Below, one piece after another: positions 14,665-29,101 of a stretch of 64,000 nucleotides of DNA. The stretch is taken from the NCBI GenBank assembly GCA_976226885.1, contig OZ320315.1:92752001-92816000 (forward strand). Direction: 5' to 3'. The notes under the pieces were generated by a model. That model worked only from the letters and a program-made list of their open reading frames with translations, was not told the origin of the DNA and searched no databases. Every line of letters starts with the position of its first letter. The stretch's first letter is position 1. This DNA is from Iphione sp. A-MEVVRFRX5 (taxonomy: Eukaryota). Position numbers and translations under genes: made by a program.

Positions 14665-14822
14665 CTTGGCGTCTGTGCAGCGTCCCAGCAGCGTCCCTCT
14701 TGCTTTTCCTCCGCGTTCCTCCTGCGTTTACACAGCGTTATACCTGCATCTCAACAGCGTCCCTCCTGCGTTTACGCAGCGTTCCGGCTGCGTTCGCCGA
14801 CATCCCTCCTGTGTTTCAGCTG
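14665..14822. repeat. Degenerate minisatellite of about 11/22-bp period (CAGCGTCCCTC / CTGCGTTTACA-type units)
   Basis: CCTCCTGCGTTTAC recurs with a further CCTCCTGTGTTT variant, and CAGCGT(C/T) recurs several times; the overlapping ORF shows SVPPAFTQR-like repeats. Confidence 0.6.
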
Positions 14823-15691
14823 GGCTCCTCTTTTGCGGACCTTCCTGTAGCCAATCGGCAAGGAGACAAATGGCGATGAGGTCACGTGACTAGGGTAGCG
14901 GCCGGCAGAGGGCAGCATGTTGGCTGTCAGGCCCCTGGCGAGGAGGCTGACACCTCCGGCTGGGAGGGCAAATTAGGGGGATTTGTCAAGTCCGCGTCAA
15001 AACATGGGCCAATCTGGAGGATAGAGCAAGAGAGGGAAGGGCATGAGGACAAATACGGGAAGTGGGAGAGAATAAAGCAGGCGAGACCGAAGGAAAGGAG
15101 AAGAGGAGGGAAGGGGATGAAGATGTAGTCAGAAAAAAGGACCTTCAATAAGAAAAGGGAAGCAGAATGAAAGATAGGTGAAGAAAGACCACAAAAGAAA
15201 GGGATAGAAGGGACAGAGGGTAAGAAGAACAGAGAGTATTAAGGGAGAATGGGGAGGAAAATGACATAAAGGTAGAAAACATAAAGAAGACATAAAGGTA
15301 GAAAAAAAGCATCTTTATCATGTTTACCCGTCTCCACCTCTCTATTATCGTCTCGTCTTCGGATTGCTTATGGTTTCTTGCTCGACGACTCTATTATCGC
15401 CCTACCTCTGAAATACTCCCTCCTACCAATTTCTTCCTCTCTATCTCCTCTATTTCCGAAATGTTTTTTATCGTGTCTACTTTATCCCCTTCTCCATTAT
15501 CTCCCAATCTCGGGATGCTTTCTCCTGTGACCCGATGAGGGCACTGAGAACATGAGAGCCTCCAAATTAACGTTTCGATTATTAATAAATCTCCCAAGTA
15601 CACGTTTTATCGCTCATATTACTAGCTAAGTGCCTTATTAGACCGACGTATTGATTATAACGGTTTTGTTTTTCTTTTCGTTTTTTTCCAG

Positions 15692-15768
15692 CATCCATAT
15701 CCTTCTGAAGAACAGAAAAAGCAGCTTGCTCAAGACACAGGGTTAACTATTCTACAGGTCAACAACTG
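15692..15768 (+). CDS. Meis: Meis/homothorax homeodomain exon, 77 nt ([26 protein letters not shown])
   Basis: Translation matches the Meis homeodomain helix 2-3 sequence as I recall it. Canonical acceptor and GTGAGT donor; the Trp codon is split in phase 2, as in known Meis gene structures. Too short to appear in the ORF track. Confidence 0.96.
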
Positions 15769-16693
15769 GTGAGTAGAAACCTCTTTATGCCTTATTATAT
15801 TTCTTTTACTCTCTCAGCATCACGGGGATGTTGGAACCCTGGGATCTGTGACTCTTCTATTTCAGACCACGATACGAGCTGATAAGTGTGTATGTGTGTA
15901 CACGTGTTTATGAGTCAGAGAAGTAATTCGTAACAAACGTTTTTGTCCATTCAATGATCTCACCGACGTAGATTATGGGATAGCAGGATAAAACATCGTT
16001 AATTTTTTCCTGGCTGGAATAAAAAAAAAATCCTCCGATTCGTTCTTTTAAAATGGATAAAGTGAACATGGAAAACAACTGACATTTACTGTTGCCATAG
16101 CTACAGCAGTAAAAGTAGTGGAAGGTTTTTTTTTTATGTTCACTCTCCCACGCTTGCACTTAGACTTCCCCCCACAGTGAAAATCGACACGTGACCTATG
16201 ACGTTTCACTCTCGCGCATGCGTATCACAAAAAAATTCCTGATAGAAAGCCCCCTCGTCTTATGATAACTCGCAGTCTGCACCGTGACTTTCCCACAGAG
16301 TGCACAGCTATATTTAGTGCGGGCAAGTCACCCAAATAAAACCTGTACGTATATACACATATAACCTGCTCCGTTCCTGGAGGCGTCCTCTCCCACACAC
16401 TGGGGGACCTCCCGGGGGTGGTCTGGAGGAATCAAACATGGCGGACATTTCCATTAAGGCCGCTGCAATAGGTGGGGGAGTGAAATTGGTGTCGGACCGG
16501 GTCTGTGGGTAGATGGGTCTGTGGGATGGGGTGGGGTGATTGGAGTAGGGGATATGTGGGTACACGTGGAGCGGAGTGTTGATTGAGAGCTTTGATCTGT
16601 TTAAATGTATCACGATATATGACTGTGTAGGAAAGAACTCACTGACATGCACTGGCTGTGTCTATCTGACCAATGGGGGAGACTTGGTGCACT

Positions 16694-16836
16694 NNNNNNN
16701 NNNNNNNNNNNNNNNNNNNNNNNNNNNNNNNNNNNNNNNNNNNNNNNNNNNNNNNNNNNNNNNNNNNNNNNNNNNNNNNNNNNNNNNNNNNNNNNNNNNN
16801 NNNNNNNNNNNNNNNNNNNNNNNNNNNNNNNNNNNN
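16694..16836. other. Assembly gap (N run)
   Basis: 143 N, next to TC-rich repeat. Confidence 0.99.
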
Positions 16837-19146
16837 CTATCCCCTCTGTCTCTCTCTCCATCTCTCTCTCTGTTGCTTTCTAAGTTTGTCGGCCAACTGT
16901 GTTGTAGTTTTCGGAGAAACAAAGATGGATAGGCTGGTAGAAAAAGAAAAGATAACGGTGACAAAGAGGTAGGGACCGACAGTAAAGTGAGGGCAAGAGA
17001 GAAAGAGATAGAGAGGACGCCATGCAGGGATAGGGCGATCACGAGGGAAGGGACAGTGAGAAGGGGAGAAGCAGATAGAAGGAAAGGAGGGAAGAGAATG
17101 GAGATCAGAAGGGGTAGAGCGAGTGGGACAGACTTGGAGTTAGGCGGGATAGACAAACACAGAGGAAGAGGGAGAGAGAAAAGGGAGAGAGGGGGAGGAA
17201 GAGAGGGTCTTTGGATTCGCTCCTAAGTGAGAGAGCGCCGGGTTTCAAACGTCGGCGCGCCATTTGCATATAGATTGTATAGCGAATTAGTCGGGCGGGT
17301 CGGCCGTCGATAATTAGGCTCGTGTCATTCTTTATCGCGCCGCTGTATGGCGCTGCGGCGGGCGGCGGGCGGCGCGGGGCCTGATGAATCCCTGACACCA
17401 TGTCAACGTGTTCCGATAACAATACTCACGTCTCCTACCAACTATAATCACACTCCCCTCCCCCACCCTTTCCCCCCGCCACCACCAACTATACACACAC
17501 GGACACACACACGCACACACACATATTCACGTACACCTAGTACCCACTACAATGTATATGTATAGAAGCCTGCCTTCCTTTCCCTCTCTCTGTCCTTGTA
17601 CCCCCCACCACCCCAACGCCAGCCCCCTTCTTCATGTCCGCACCACACCCGTGCATTCACCCATCAACGCTACTCGCATATACATGTAGCTCCTACTAGC
17701 GCCGCCTTGTGGAAATACCAAAACTAATTGGGGCACAACCCAAAACAATCTTAGTATACATGTACATATCCAAATGAATATCAGCAAGAAGGCATCCAAT
17801 CATCCATACACTGTACATTGTGTCAATATATGCCTGTGACTATAAGAAGTTAATATGAAGATGAACAACACACATATCTGTGGGATTCCTCGCTTGTCAC
17901 CTACTGTCAAGTTATGGCTGCCTCGTTTTCACCTCAGTTTAGGTCTCAGCACCCTAAATTAAAACAAGGTGGAGTGGCAGCCAGCCGAATACTGCGGCCA
18001 AGGTATGAGCCGCGAATTAACGGGTACAGAGATCCCCCAGGCTTTCCGCTGGGTGGCGCACTTATCTAAAGTAAGTTGGCGTCAGTGTGGCTGCGCAATA
18101 GGTCACTCGGACGCTGGAGGAACGCCGGGGCATGTTTTCAGGCGGGATGAGGGTGAGGGCTGGGTCAGGTGAGGGGGGGCTGGATGAGAAGGCAGGACAG
18201 AGGGAAAGGATCAGGAAACAGCGTAGTTAGTGACCACAGCTGTAGAGGGCGCAAGTAAATGGTAGCCAGCGACCTCTGCTGGGCTGGGAAACTCCTCCTG
18301 GTGGCAGCAGTGAGAGTATAGAAAGTTGGCATCTCCTGTCCCTCACTGCGAGTTGGGGGTGCAAAAGGTTTTGAGGGTGAGTGGAGGGGGGGGGGGGTTG
18401 GCACTCGGAAGTGTTGACCTGTCATCACCGGAAGCATGTGGTTCCATTTAAAAACGGCGACATTCCCCCGAGCTGCTGAAAAGGATCTCCTTGCTTCTAA
18501 TACCCGATACTTCGCAGCAAATATGCGCTAACCGATACAATAGGGAATAGGAGAGAAGTAGAGAGGGGAAGCCTGTGGTAAATAGAGGGAGGGAAGTAGG
18601 AGGGAAAGGTACTGATAATTTCGGCTCTCCCCCGCCTATCTACGTATGTTTGCCTTGGTACTGTCTAGTTTTTAACTAGTTTTTCCCCCAATAATAGCCA
18701 TATGTTCTCACTCTTGTTTCGAGTTTTTACGCAGCCCTATCCGTGAATCTGACCCCCGCGCTGTGCCCTGTCTGTCAAGCAGCACGTACTGTATCCGTTC
18801 AATTCGAGGGTTTATAGAATTAAACAGTTAAAGGCCAGCCCCGGTAGAAGGAGGCAGACTTGACACTAGAGGGCTCTCACTTACAGCGCAATAACCTTCA
18901 CCTACATGGGCGATATCAAGGGAAGCCAGGCGGTAATACGTGCACTCAATATGGGCGATAATAAGGTAAGAAACACCGGCGCCTGAGGCTGCGTCTCCGT
19001 TTTCTGTTCGTGGAAAGAGGGAGTAGGGGGGATGGAGGTTCGTGGGGTATATCGATAGAGGAAAGGGGGAGAAGAAGGGGAGGCAGGGGCAAAGTTGTGT
19101 AGAGAAGGGACCAGGAGAGAAAAGGACAGAAGTGGGGGGACATCAA

Positions 19147-19149
<3 letters not shown>

Positions 19150-19197
<48 letters not shown>
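19150..19197. repeat. (GA)n microsatellite
   Basis: Perfect dinucleotide run. Confidence 0.95.
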
Positions 19198-19198
<1 letters not shown>

Positions 19199-22100
19199 CC
19201 AGTAAGGCAGTGAAAGGGGCGAGAATAGATGATTGCAGACGAAGAAGGCGAGAGAGGAAGGACAGAGACAGAGTTTAAACACAGAAATACGGTCAGGAAA
19301 GCTAGAGAAGAAAGTAAGGAAACAGCCAGGTGCCAACAGCGCGAGGGATCTGAAGCGACTGAGGAAAAGCAATTTCCACTTTATTAGCGAACAACGTTAG
19401 CCCTGCTGTAACAACGAACCCTACCAGCTCAGTCCCCCCCCCCCCCCTACGCCCCTACTACCTTCCCTAACCAGCCATTGTTACATGAGGAGACCCCTGA
19501 GGGAGAGTCAAACGACCGCCTGATGAAGAAAACTTTTATGATGTGTGTGCGTATGTGTGTGAGTGTGTGTGTGTTGGGACCGATGGGGGATTCCTCCGCT
19601 GAGATCGCTGCGATCGCGGCTTGGATAAGAAAGTACCGTTGATCACCTATCAACACTAAGCATATTAAGGTCCCCACCAATTGTCCTCCCGTCGCTGCTT
19701 CCCGCTTTCAGCCCCCGCCTACCTTTTGTTGTTGGCCGCCAGGGGAGCTGCGACGACGATATGAGACACCGCCCCGCCCTCTACCGACGATCTCCTCCAC
19801 CACCAACACCATCATCCCGCACCCCCCATCATCCCACTTTAGCTCCAGGGGAACCGGAAACCCGAACCTGTTGGCGTCTGCGCGTGCGCGGCAGTAAAAG
19901 GCCGCTTGGGAGATTAAAAATCGAGCAGGGTGGGAGAGACTTGGGTGAGCCATAGCCACACAGTGGATATAGAGGAAACCAAACCAGGAGGAAAGGGGGG
20001 GGGGTGGGAAATCTCTACACAGATGGGAAATAGGAGGGGTAGCATTTACCTTAGAGAAGAGCCAAGATTCGAAGTAGCGCGCGCCTTTAGAGAAAATCTG
20101 AAATGGGTGTCTTGGGTTCCCTTGTCAGTTGTAGTTTAAATTATTGTCGATGTGAAAAGCTGATGGCGACTTTTTTTCTTTGTAAAGCAAAAAAAAATTA
20201 TGTAGGGATTGCCCCAAGGGGAGATGCTTGGACCTATAGCAGTGAATAGGTAACAAAAAGAGGGATGTTTTGTAGGAGCAACAGCAGCTCTGCTGGTAGG
20301 GGTAAGAGGTGTGTGGTGGACGTTTGTTAGAATATTGCCAAAAGGACGGAGAGATGAGAATGACGTAAGGAGAGCTTAAGAGATAGACTCAAGGAAAGAT
20401 CCTGGAGAATAAAAATGTAGGGACAGAAACGGGAAAATATGGAAAGAGTGAGAGAGAAGGGAAGAGAAGCTACAAAGATAGAAGAGAGACAGTGGAGAGG
20501 GAAGCAATACGAAGGAAAGTAAAGCACAGAAGAGAAGAGAGACAGAAATAAGGCTAGAACCGAGGAGGAGTAGTAAGGCACCAACAAAGACATAGAGAAT
20601 GAGACAGAAAAGAGGTATATACAGAAACAGTGAGAGAAAGAGACATAAGAGAGAGAGAGAAAGAAAAATCCAGAGAGGGAGGTAAACGACTTGGAAGCGG
20701 TAGAATGTGGGAAGTAACTGGAGAGGCTTGAGAGGCTCGGGTTAAGGGTGTTCTCTGCAGGGAGAAGGTGGTGTGGGGGGTGTAGGTTAGGCAGGGGGTT
20801 GTCAGGATGATAAATGGCCTACAAGTGTTACTGTGGCCGCCAGCCCCTTGGTGTGGCCCCGACCCCCACTACCTCCTCCCCCCCGCACCACTCCTCCTAC
20901 TCCTACTCTAGGCGGCACAGGCCCCAGCAAGAATCAGGTCTAAATGGAAGCCAGCAACCCGCTCTAATGCCGCTACTACTGCTGCTGCTGCTACCCTGGT
21001 TCTCTCTTTTCCTGCCCGTTTTCCTCCTCTCTCTGCCTGTCTGGAATGTCCTCGTCTTTCCTGGTGATCTCCAACAGGCTCTTCTTATTCCTCCTCCCCC
21101 TCCCCCGGCTTTTTGTGCTGACTCCTCGAAAATTATGTCGACATTCTCTCGATTTATCCTTCAAATAGAAATGTATGTCGCTCTAGTTTCTCCATCGGGA
21201 CACTAGGCCGTCTGCTATTGTTAGTCGGGTTTTGACGTATTTTAGGGTTACTGGTTCCATTGAACGAATTTTCATTCTTATTTCATCAGGTTTGAAGTTT
21301 CACAGTTATAACTTCGTTAGTTACAAGCTTCATTTAGATGATGCTGTGATCAAAGTGCCTTAAATTCAGAAGTATTACTTGGTTACTTTTTTAAAATTTA
21401 CCCTGCTTAACGACCCAACGAGCGGGTGCAGCGACCTATATATGAGTTGATAATATATAAGGATATACATATTATATTTGTGAAATGTACATAGCTCTTC
21501 ATTACATTACACAACCTCTATACCTTTACCCTATATATTTAGTCTTCAGCAAACCTTAACCCCCCATTCACATGGCTTCATCCCACCAGCTGGACTTTTA
21601 CCCCTCCCCCTTGTCTGACCGGCCCCCCGAGCCCGGGGCGGCGCCTGAGGCTCGGCACCCCTCTCGCCGGCCCCTCCCCGCCGCCTCTCCCGGGGAGCAC
21701 CGCCCCGGCTGCCTCTCGCCCGCGGACCGCCCGCCGTCCGCACTCCTCCCGGTGCAGGATCTCATTCCTGACCGGTTTCCTCTGGCTTCTACGTACTCTA
21801 AAACCCCGTTTTAGTGCATGCAGAATGTTCTTATTGCGCTTTTCCCCCTATAAGGTATATTGGTGTAAGGGGACAGGGAAGGGTTGAATTCCGGGAGGAG
21901 GTGGTGGAGAGGAGGGGGGGGGGAGCAGTCAATGGGTTTGGATCATAACTGATCAAAGACAGTTGAGAAGACAAAAGCTCAGGCAGAAGGTAAGACAGAA
22001 GGGGACAGGGACCGACAGAGAGTCTTGACTAATGCTAAGGTCTGTGTATAGATAGTCGAGATAGGAGGGACAGGGAGAAGGGCAGTAATGGACAGGGTTG

Positions 22101-22208
22101 GAAAAGAAACGAACACAAACTGTCAGGAATAGGTGGCTATATTGAGAGGTGGAGGGGTTGAAAGAGTTCAGAAATGATGAATTTAAAACATGAGGGAATC
22201 AGAAAAGT

Positions 22209-22209
<1 letters not shown>

Positions 22210-22279
<70 letters not shown>

Positions 22280-22292
22280 TAGACAGACAGAC
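22210..22292. repeat. Compound (GA)n-(GACA)n microsatellite
   Basis: GA run followed by GACA repeats. Confidence 0.9.
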
Positions 22293-23542
22293 AGGTACAG
22301 ATAGAGTATGGACAGTCTTATAGAGAGTATATGCTGAATGTAGAGAAAAGGAAAGACGTAGAAAAAGGAGAAAAAATACGAGAAAGGATAGCAGAATATT
22401 TGTTCTGGCTGTCCGGGGTGGGTTGGGTGTCCCCCAACAGCTGAGGGCTGAGTCATTAGTGAGCAGTTGGAGTGAACTAGGTCATGAGCGAGTGAAATAT
22501 GGTCCTGAAGCGGCAAGGTCCCGGGAGGGTAGCGTTTCGCCGCCCGCCGCTCGCCGCCTGGTGCCCACTCCTACCCCTCCGACCAGATAGAGGGTTTAGA
22601 CACACAGGCAACTACGCACTCTCATCTGTCCTCTCCTGTCTCTCCTTCTGCCTTTCCTTCTGCCTTTCCTTCTCAGTATCTCCTACCTTCATTTTGGCTC
22701 TATGTCCCTCTAGTTTTCTCTTCCGTATTTTCTTTCTCCCTCTTATTTTGTCATCTTTCCTCGCTTTCTCCTCCTCTTCTTCTCTTTCCTACTATGTTCC
22801 TTTCTCCTTCTTTTCTTTCTCTCCTCTTCAGTGCACTTCTGTATCTCTGTGTTTTTGTCACCTTCCCCACGTTCTTCTTGTTTCATAAGAACGCCTCTGT
22901 GTCTAATCGCGACCGTCAGTGCAAAGTTAGAGATCTACAGTAAATCCTCAGTTCTGCACTTTTTCTGTCCACATCTCCTTCCCCGCTCTTTCCTACTCTG
23001 CGTCTTCGTTTACGTTCTCGTCAAAGTATTACTTTATTCCCCAATGCTCCGTGTCTACAGATCTGACTGGATAAATTGCGTTTTGTTATTACCTCTTCCC
23101 TCTATCCTTGTTTCTGTCCGCATCTCCGACTTTACTTCCCATCATCTATCACCATCTCCCTCCCCCCCCCCCGCCCCAACTTCCCTGTCCCTCTCCGTCC
23201 CCAAGTTCTTTCCGATCCGCCTCCTCCTCTGTTTTCTAATTCAGAATCTCTCCATGCCTGTTTAATGTGCAAACGAGAACCCCCTTTTCTTATTCTGAAT
23301 ATCATTTACTATTCAGCGTCGGTAATGAAATGGTGTGTCAAAACGACCCAAGCCAAACAAGCCCTCCCCTAGCTCCCAGCCCTTTCGCGCTTGCTAATGC
23401 ATCCAGGGTGGTGGACGTGGGTAACCGGTCCCACATACTTATAACTATCAAAGACACACACGCGCGCACACACATACGCACACACACAAGCACATCAGGA
23501 GAGGCAGTAGCAGCTCTAACGACCAATAGGCGGCGAGGCAGG

Positions 23543-23584
23543 GGGTCATGGTTGAAAGGTCACCCGGAGGTCATGGTAAGGTCA
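23543..23584 (+). promoter_or_regulatory. Tandem DR5 nuclear-receptor elements (RARE-like): AGGTCA-n5-AGGTCA-n5-AGGTCA, plus an upstream GGGTCA
   Basis: Half-sites at 23557-62, 23568-73 and 23579-84 with exact 5-nt spacers; GGGTCA at 23543-48. Confidence 0.5.
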
Positions 23585-26500
23585 CCCGTCGAGGAAGCCA
23601 GAAACATATGGTGACGTGGGTACTACGTGCGGAGCTCAGTGGGGGAAGCCAGGATATTTGGGTTTCTGTGGTATAGATAGATGTATAGGATGTTAGGTCA
23701 GCATGTCTGCTAGACAGGAGCACCCATATATACTTAGACACAGTATTATATTATCATTATAGTTGTACACATTATCATAGGGAAAATATATCTCTCCTAG
23801 GCACCTGTTAGAGTGATTAATATTCTAAAAAACGTTCTGTGTAAAGTATAGGCTTATATAGTGTACATTTATAAGTGTTTTAGCAGATATTTGGAAGGTC
23901 CCTCTCTACCCTTTATCTCTCTTTATCTCTACACTTTTTGCTCTCGATTTCTCTCTCTCCCACTTACCTGTTCTCGTCCTCCCAATCAAATTTGTCTCTC
24001 CCCCCTCTCTCTCTCTCCCTCTCTCTCTCTCCCCTCTCTCTCTCCCCCCCCCCCTCTCTCTCTCACTCTCTCTCCCCTCTCTCTCCCGTTCCCCAGCCTT
24101 CCCAGACCTCAGCTCTGCTTACCCGACAGATAACGTTTATCTCCGTCCTCTGACTACTAATGGTGGGCTTGGCACGGGGATATCGCTACTGGCCGGGTCT
24201 CCTCCTCTGGCCGAATCTATGAAGACCTGATCCACCTCTGTTTGGTTCCACAGTCCAGTCCAGTCTACGTCTTACCCAGCATGCAGTGCGAGAGGGTCAG
24301 GATGATAGAAGTGTAGAGTGGGAAATCTATAGGCTAACGTGTCAAGTATGCCATAATGAAAACTCATTGGGACATTGCTGTATGCAGAATTCAATGAGTG
24401 GGGCATATTTAGCACATACAATGTACATACACGTGCACAGTATTTCATGAATCGGTCATGGTTTCGACATGCGCTTCATGCTTTTAAATATGTGGGATCT
24501 ATATGAATACTGTGTACCACCAGTGGGCTATGTTTGGCACGTATATCTGCAAAGGGTGCCATAATTGGGACGCTTTTTATATGTATTAAAGTCATATATT
24601 TTGTAGATATAATATGCGCATAGTATGATGCTTGGACTGCAAAATGGATGGCAGTGCATGGCCCATTTGAACTGAATCAGAGAGTTCTAAACTGGTGCTT
24701 ACTAAGTCGAATCAGGGGGCTCGGAAAACCAAAAGAAGACTGGGGAGTCAGTGCGCATTCCTGAAGAACTACCACCACCTTCAGCTCATGTTGACTCCAT
24801 TGTTGTTGGGTTTTTTCATGTCCACTCTACACGCCACATCTCCTGTTTAGTCTCGACTGACTTGTTTCCATGACAGTTTTCAGGTATCACCACCCAAGAT
24901 TTAACCGCCTCGCTATAGCCCTATAGATCAGCCCTTGAGGAGGTAAGGGAGGTGGGGGTGGGGGAGCAGACGAGGTGGGAGGGAGAGGGAACGCTGAGGA
25001 GAGCGGGGGGGGGGTTAGGAAGAGGCTTTCTTATCTTGACAGCTTGGCTAGAGTCGGTTACTATGGTTAACTAGGCCAGTTAGACTAGCCCAGGCTCAGC
25101 AAGCTTAAAAACCACTGATCAGTTTTAATTTTTAATGAAGCAAGATTGAGCATCGAGAATGCACCCTCCCTCCCACCCACCCTCCCTCCCTCCACTCATC
25201 GCAGTTAACTCGGCGCCCTGTAGATGTCAGGCCCGATGGTGGCAGTTGTCAAGGCTCCTGATTTAGTGTTCGTCGCACTGGGTGTCTACGAAGGAGAAGA
25301 GGGGGGGAGGTGGAGGAGGGGGGTTGAAGTAGGAGGAGAGGGAATATGGGTCGGAGGAGTCTAGGTAGTATGTAATAATGTCAAGGCCCAGCAGGTCCTG
25401 CCCCACACAGCCAGACGGAGAGAGAAGGGGAGAGAGAGAGAGAGAGAGAAACGGGGAGTGGGAGAGAGAGAGTACATTAGGAATAGTACCGTGCTAGCTG
25501 AGAGCCTGGAGGTTGGAGGGGGGCAGGTTAGATTTTTTTTTCAAGAAAGAAAAGGAAAGAAAAACTCCCGACGAAAGTGCTTCAGAATGGGACTAGGATC
25601 GGCGGACTGGACAAAAGAGTGAGGTCGGTGGTACTAGTTGGGTTGTGGTGGGTGGGTGGGGGTTGAGGGGTACTTGTTGAAGTCACGGGAAGGGAATATA
25701 TGGGGTAGGAGGAGGAGGAAGAGGAGTTGGGGTAAAGATTGATGGTTGTTGGGGTATAAAAAGCAGGGAGATGGAGTATGGAGGGGTTGGTCGTTGGGAT
25801 GGTAGGGTTACATAGAGATGGGGTGGATAGATGGTGAGTGGAAAGCAGGGTTGTGTGTGTGTCGTTTGGAGGGGGCGGAGTTGATATTCGCTTGAGTGGT
25901 CTCTAGCATTGCACGGCAGGCAGTGTTGAAGGAGGGGGAACAGAGTATGTGTATGATGGTGGAGGAGAGGGGATGGGGAGGGGGGGTTGTAGGGAGGGGG
26001 GTCGGGTAGTGCTCGCTTCTGGAGAGTCCACCGTCGAACGGCCGGTCGGGCGGCCGGCTGGTGGACGGCGTGATGGATGGCCGTAAACATAACCCTCGCC
26101 GGGAACCAGCGCCGCCCTCCTCGTCTCCTCCCCTCCCCCTGGCGGCGGCCATGTCGACACGGCGACCTTGACATGGGTCAACTCAAAGGTCAAGGTCGCC
26201 TCGATGGCCGACGTCAACGTTGCCTTCCTCGTCAGTGAAGCAATCTGTATGGGGCTGATAAACCGACGTTGTGTCCGAGAACTTTTTACATCCAGATTTC
26301 GGGCCTTTTCCAATCTGCTTTTCCGTTTCTTTCTCTGTTTTTTTTACCCTTTCACGCTATCTGTTCTTTTTTATCACACACTATAAGGGTTATATATACC
26401 TACACATATATTTCAACATTTCTTCAGATCGACCCAACGGTGGCAGAAGTTTATGATGGAGATTGTCATCGTTGGTTTGAAATTGACCAACAGGAGGAAT

Positions 26501-29061
26501 TGGTGGAGGAATTTGGGGGGGGGGGGCACGAGATTTATTTCCGTACGGTGGCGACAAACACAGAGAAAGCCGAGAGACAAAAATTACAGGATAGAGATGG
26601 AAGGTCGAAACAGGCCACCTGAAGTATAAACAACATGATAAGATGGCGGCTACGCCGAGTCCAAGATGTCTTGTGACGAGTAACTGACTTCATCTTCTTG
26701 AGAACCCCCTCCCCCCCTTCCTCCTTTTCATGTGACGTCGTGATGACGCCATGACGCCAATCTCTGAATGGCGCTTACTCAATGGCCTTTGTAGCACGCC
26801 CTTTGATTGGTAGATGCTCTTGTTTGTAAGTATTATTTCCTCAGTGGCAGCTGCTACTGCAGGTTGCTGATTCAGCAATATGTGGCTAAGTCGTGCTGTC
26901 CTTTTATTAGCAGAAATTAAATATTCTTCTCTGTTCACGAGAGGAGGCCGCATATTCTTTGACAATAGAGGAATAAAAGATAAGTTTTTAGAGTGTAATA
27001 TAAAGAAGACAATGAGTTGGGATGATTTGTAGGGTACATGGAGGGAGGGAAGGGATTTGGCTTGTACAATGTAAGTGAGAAAGAGAAAGGTATGCATTAG
27101 TAGAGTTCGGGAGGGAGGTGATATGTAGTTGGAAGAGGAGGGGTGGGATAGGGAGGGAGGGGGAGGTGGGGGATGGCAGAAAGATGGAGAGAAAAATGGT
27201 GCTTGTCTGCGCTTCAATACAAGCGGGGGATCTGGCAACGAGGGTAGACTGGTGAAAATAAACAATATGGGACATCTGGTTTGTGTGGTGTGTAGCCGCG
27301 ATGAAAAAGTAATTGCATTAAAACACAGAGAAGAAGGGATATGCTTGCTGGTGCGCACCGTCACACCATCGTTCATATGTTATTGGAGGCGGCTTGGGAG
27401 AAGGAGGAGGGGGGAGGGGGATGGGCGATAAAAATGGTAAACTCCGACGTCAGTGACGTCACGTCCGCCGCCGTGCTGTTGCCAAAGAACAATTGGAGGA
27501 GAGAGAACACAGGCGCCGCCATTTTCTCTTATATAGCCATTGATCGAGAGGAGGGAGAGAGGGCGGGTGGCGATAAAAAATGATGATGTACACGAACACG
27601 CACACACACATGAATACACATGCAGATCTGCATACACAAGCATGCACACACACATACACACACACCCGTACTCGCACTGGGCGATATTTGAATAGCCCGC
27701 CCCCTTCTCATAAATTCGGAAAGATTTACTCACACATCGCAGGACACACAACGGGTGCAGACAACTTCATTCTCATTCTTCGTCCTTCTTTTTTAAAGGT
27801 TTTTTCTTCCCTTTTTCCTCACGAAACCGACTGACTGATATCGGTTGGAAAATCATCATAAAGCTTTGTGGAGTTGCTGTGGGAGAGAGTGTCAGAAGCC
27901 GGTGCATAGATTCTTTTCTGTTGGGTTCCTTTCATTTTTTAGCATCTCCGTTTTCTTTTGCCTTTGTTTTAGTTTTACTTATAGGCATTATATCCAAGAT
28001 GGTACGCCAAGTCCAGCAGAGCATAGGTGAGGGGGCAGGAAGGGGGTAGTTGGAACATAGATATGATTTGAAATTTATGAGGGAAGTGAAAGAAGTACTA
28101 GACAAAAGCTGCCAAGATGAGGGGTAGGAGAACCAAGTGAAGTGAAAAGAGGAGAGGTTAGAGAACTTGGAAATAAACATTGAAGGATGAGGGTGTCGAT
28201 GGGATAGTAGAATGGGAAATATTTATAAACTTTCACCTGAACATATAGTGTTACGGAATACTCTGTAAAGAAGTTATAATTCGCACTCCTAAAAACAAGG
28301 AAACACCACTGTTGGGGAAAAAAGTACTCAGACTTAGGAAATTACAGAGAGAGGTAAATGCCGGTAACGCTGGAAGCTACAGGGATGAAGTTGAAGGAAA
28401 GCAAGGTGTTAAATCAGGTTAGGAGATGAACCTGTACCTACCTATATCCATAGGTAGGTGGGTGATAGAGAGAGGAGGTGGACCTGTCTATGTAAGTGCT
28501 GTGACCGGGAAAGGCCACCACTGTTGATACTGCCTCATTGCCTCCTTCATCTCCTCCTCCAGCAGCCATGTTTGCCTTGGCTGCTCCTCCTTCTCCTCCT
28601 CCAGCTGCCTTCCAGGCTGGTTCCTCCAGGGTGGGGCGTCAGGCAGGGTCTCCGGTAGTACTGTTGGTGGTGCCAGGGTCGGTAAGGTCTTCATTTAAAG
28701 ACTCCTTGGCGCCATCACCCCCCCCCCCCAACCCTGTGGCATGGAGTGTGCATGGGGGGTGAAGTAACTTCTGGATGGGTTGGATTCTTGTCTTCCTACG
28801 GGCTTGTCTGTGGCAGCAACAGGAGTAGAAGTTGTAGTTTTGGTGGGGGTGGGGGGGGGTACTTGGCGAGGTGATGCACCTGCTTCGTCGGCCTGTCTCG
28901 CCTTGGCCTTAAGAAGGGTTGGATATCTTATAGTTGGTCTCTCTCACACACATCCTTTTTCTATTTACTGGTATTTTAGACACCGTCATGTCTTGTGTTT
29001 TTACTTCGGTCCCACTTTCCTCTTCCTCTCTGTCTCTCTTTCTCTTTCTCCCTCTTTCTTT

Positions 29062-29101
<40 letters not shown>

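Larger units (their letters stand above)
17..15691 (+). other. Meis: Meis phase-0 intron (15,675 nt)
   Basis: GTGAGT donor at 17; polypyrimidine tract and TTTTTTTCCAG acceptor ending at 15691; reading frames of the flanking exons are compatible. Confidence 0.82.
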
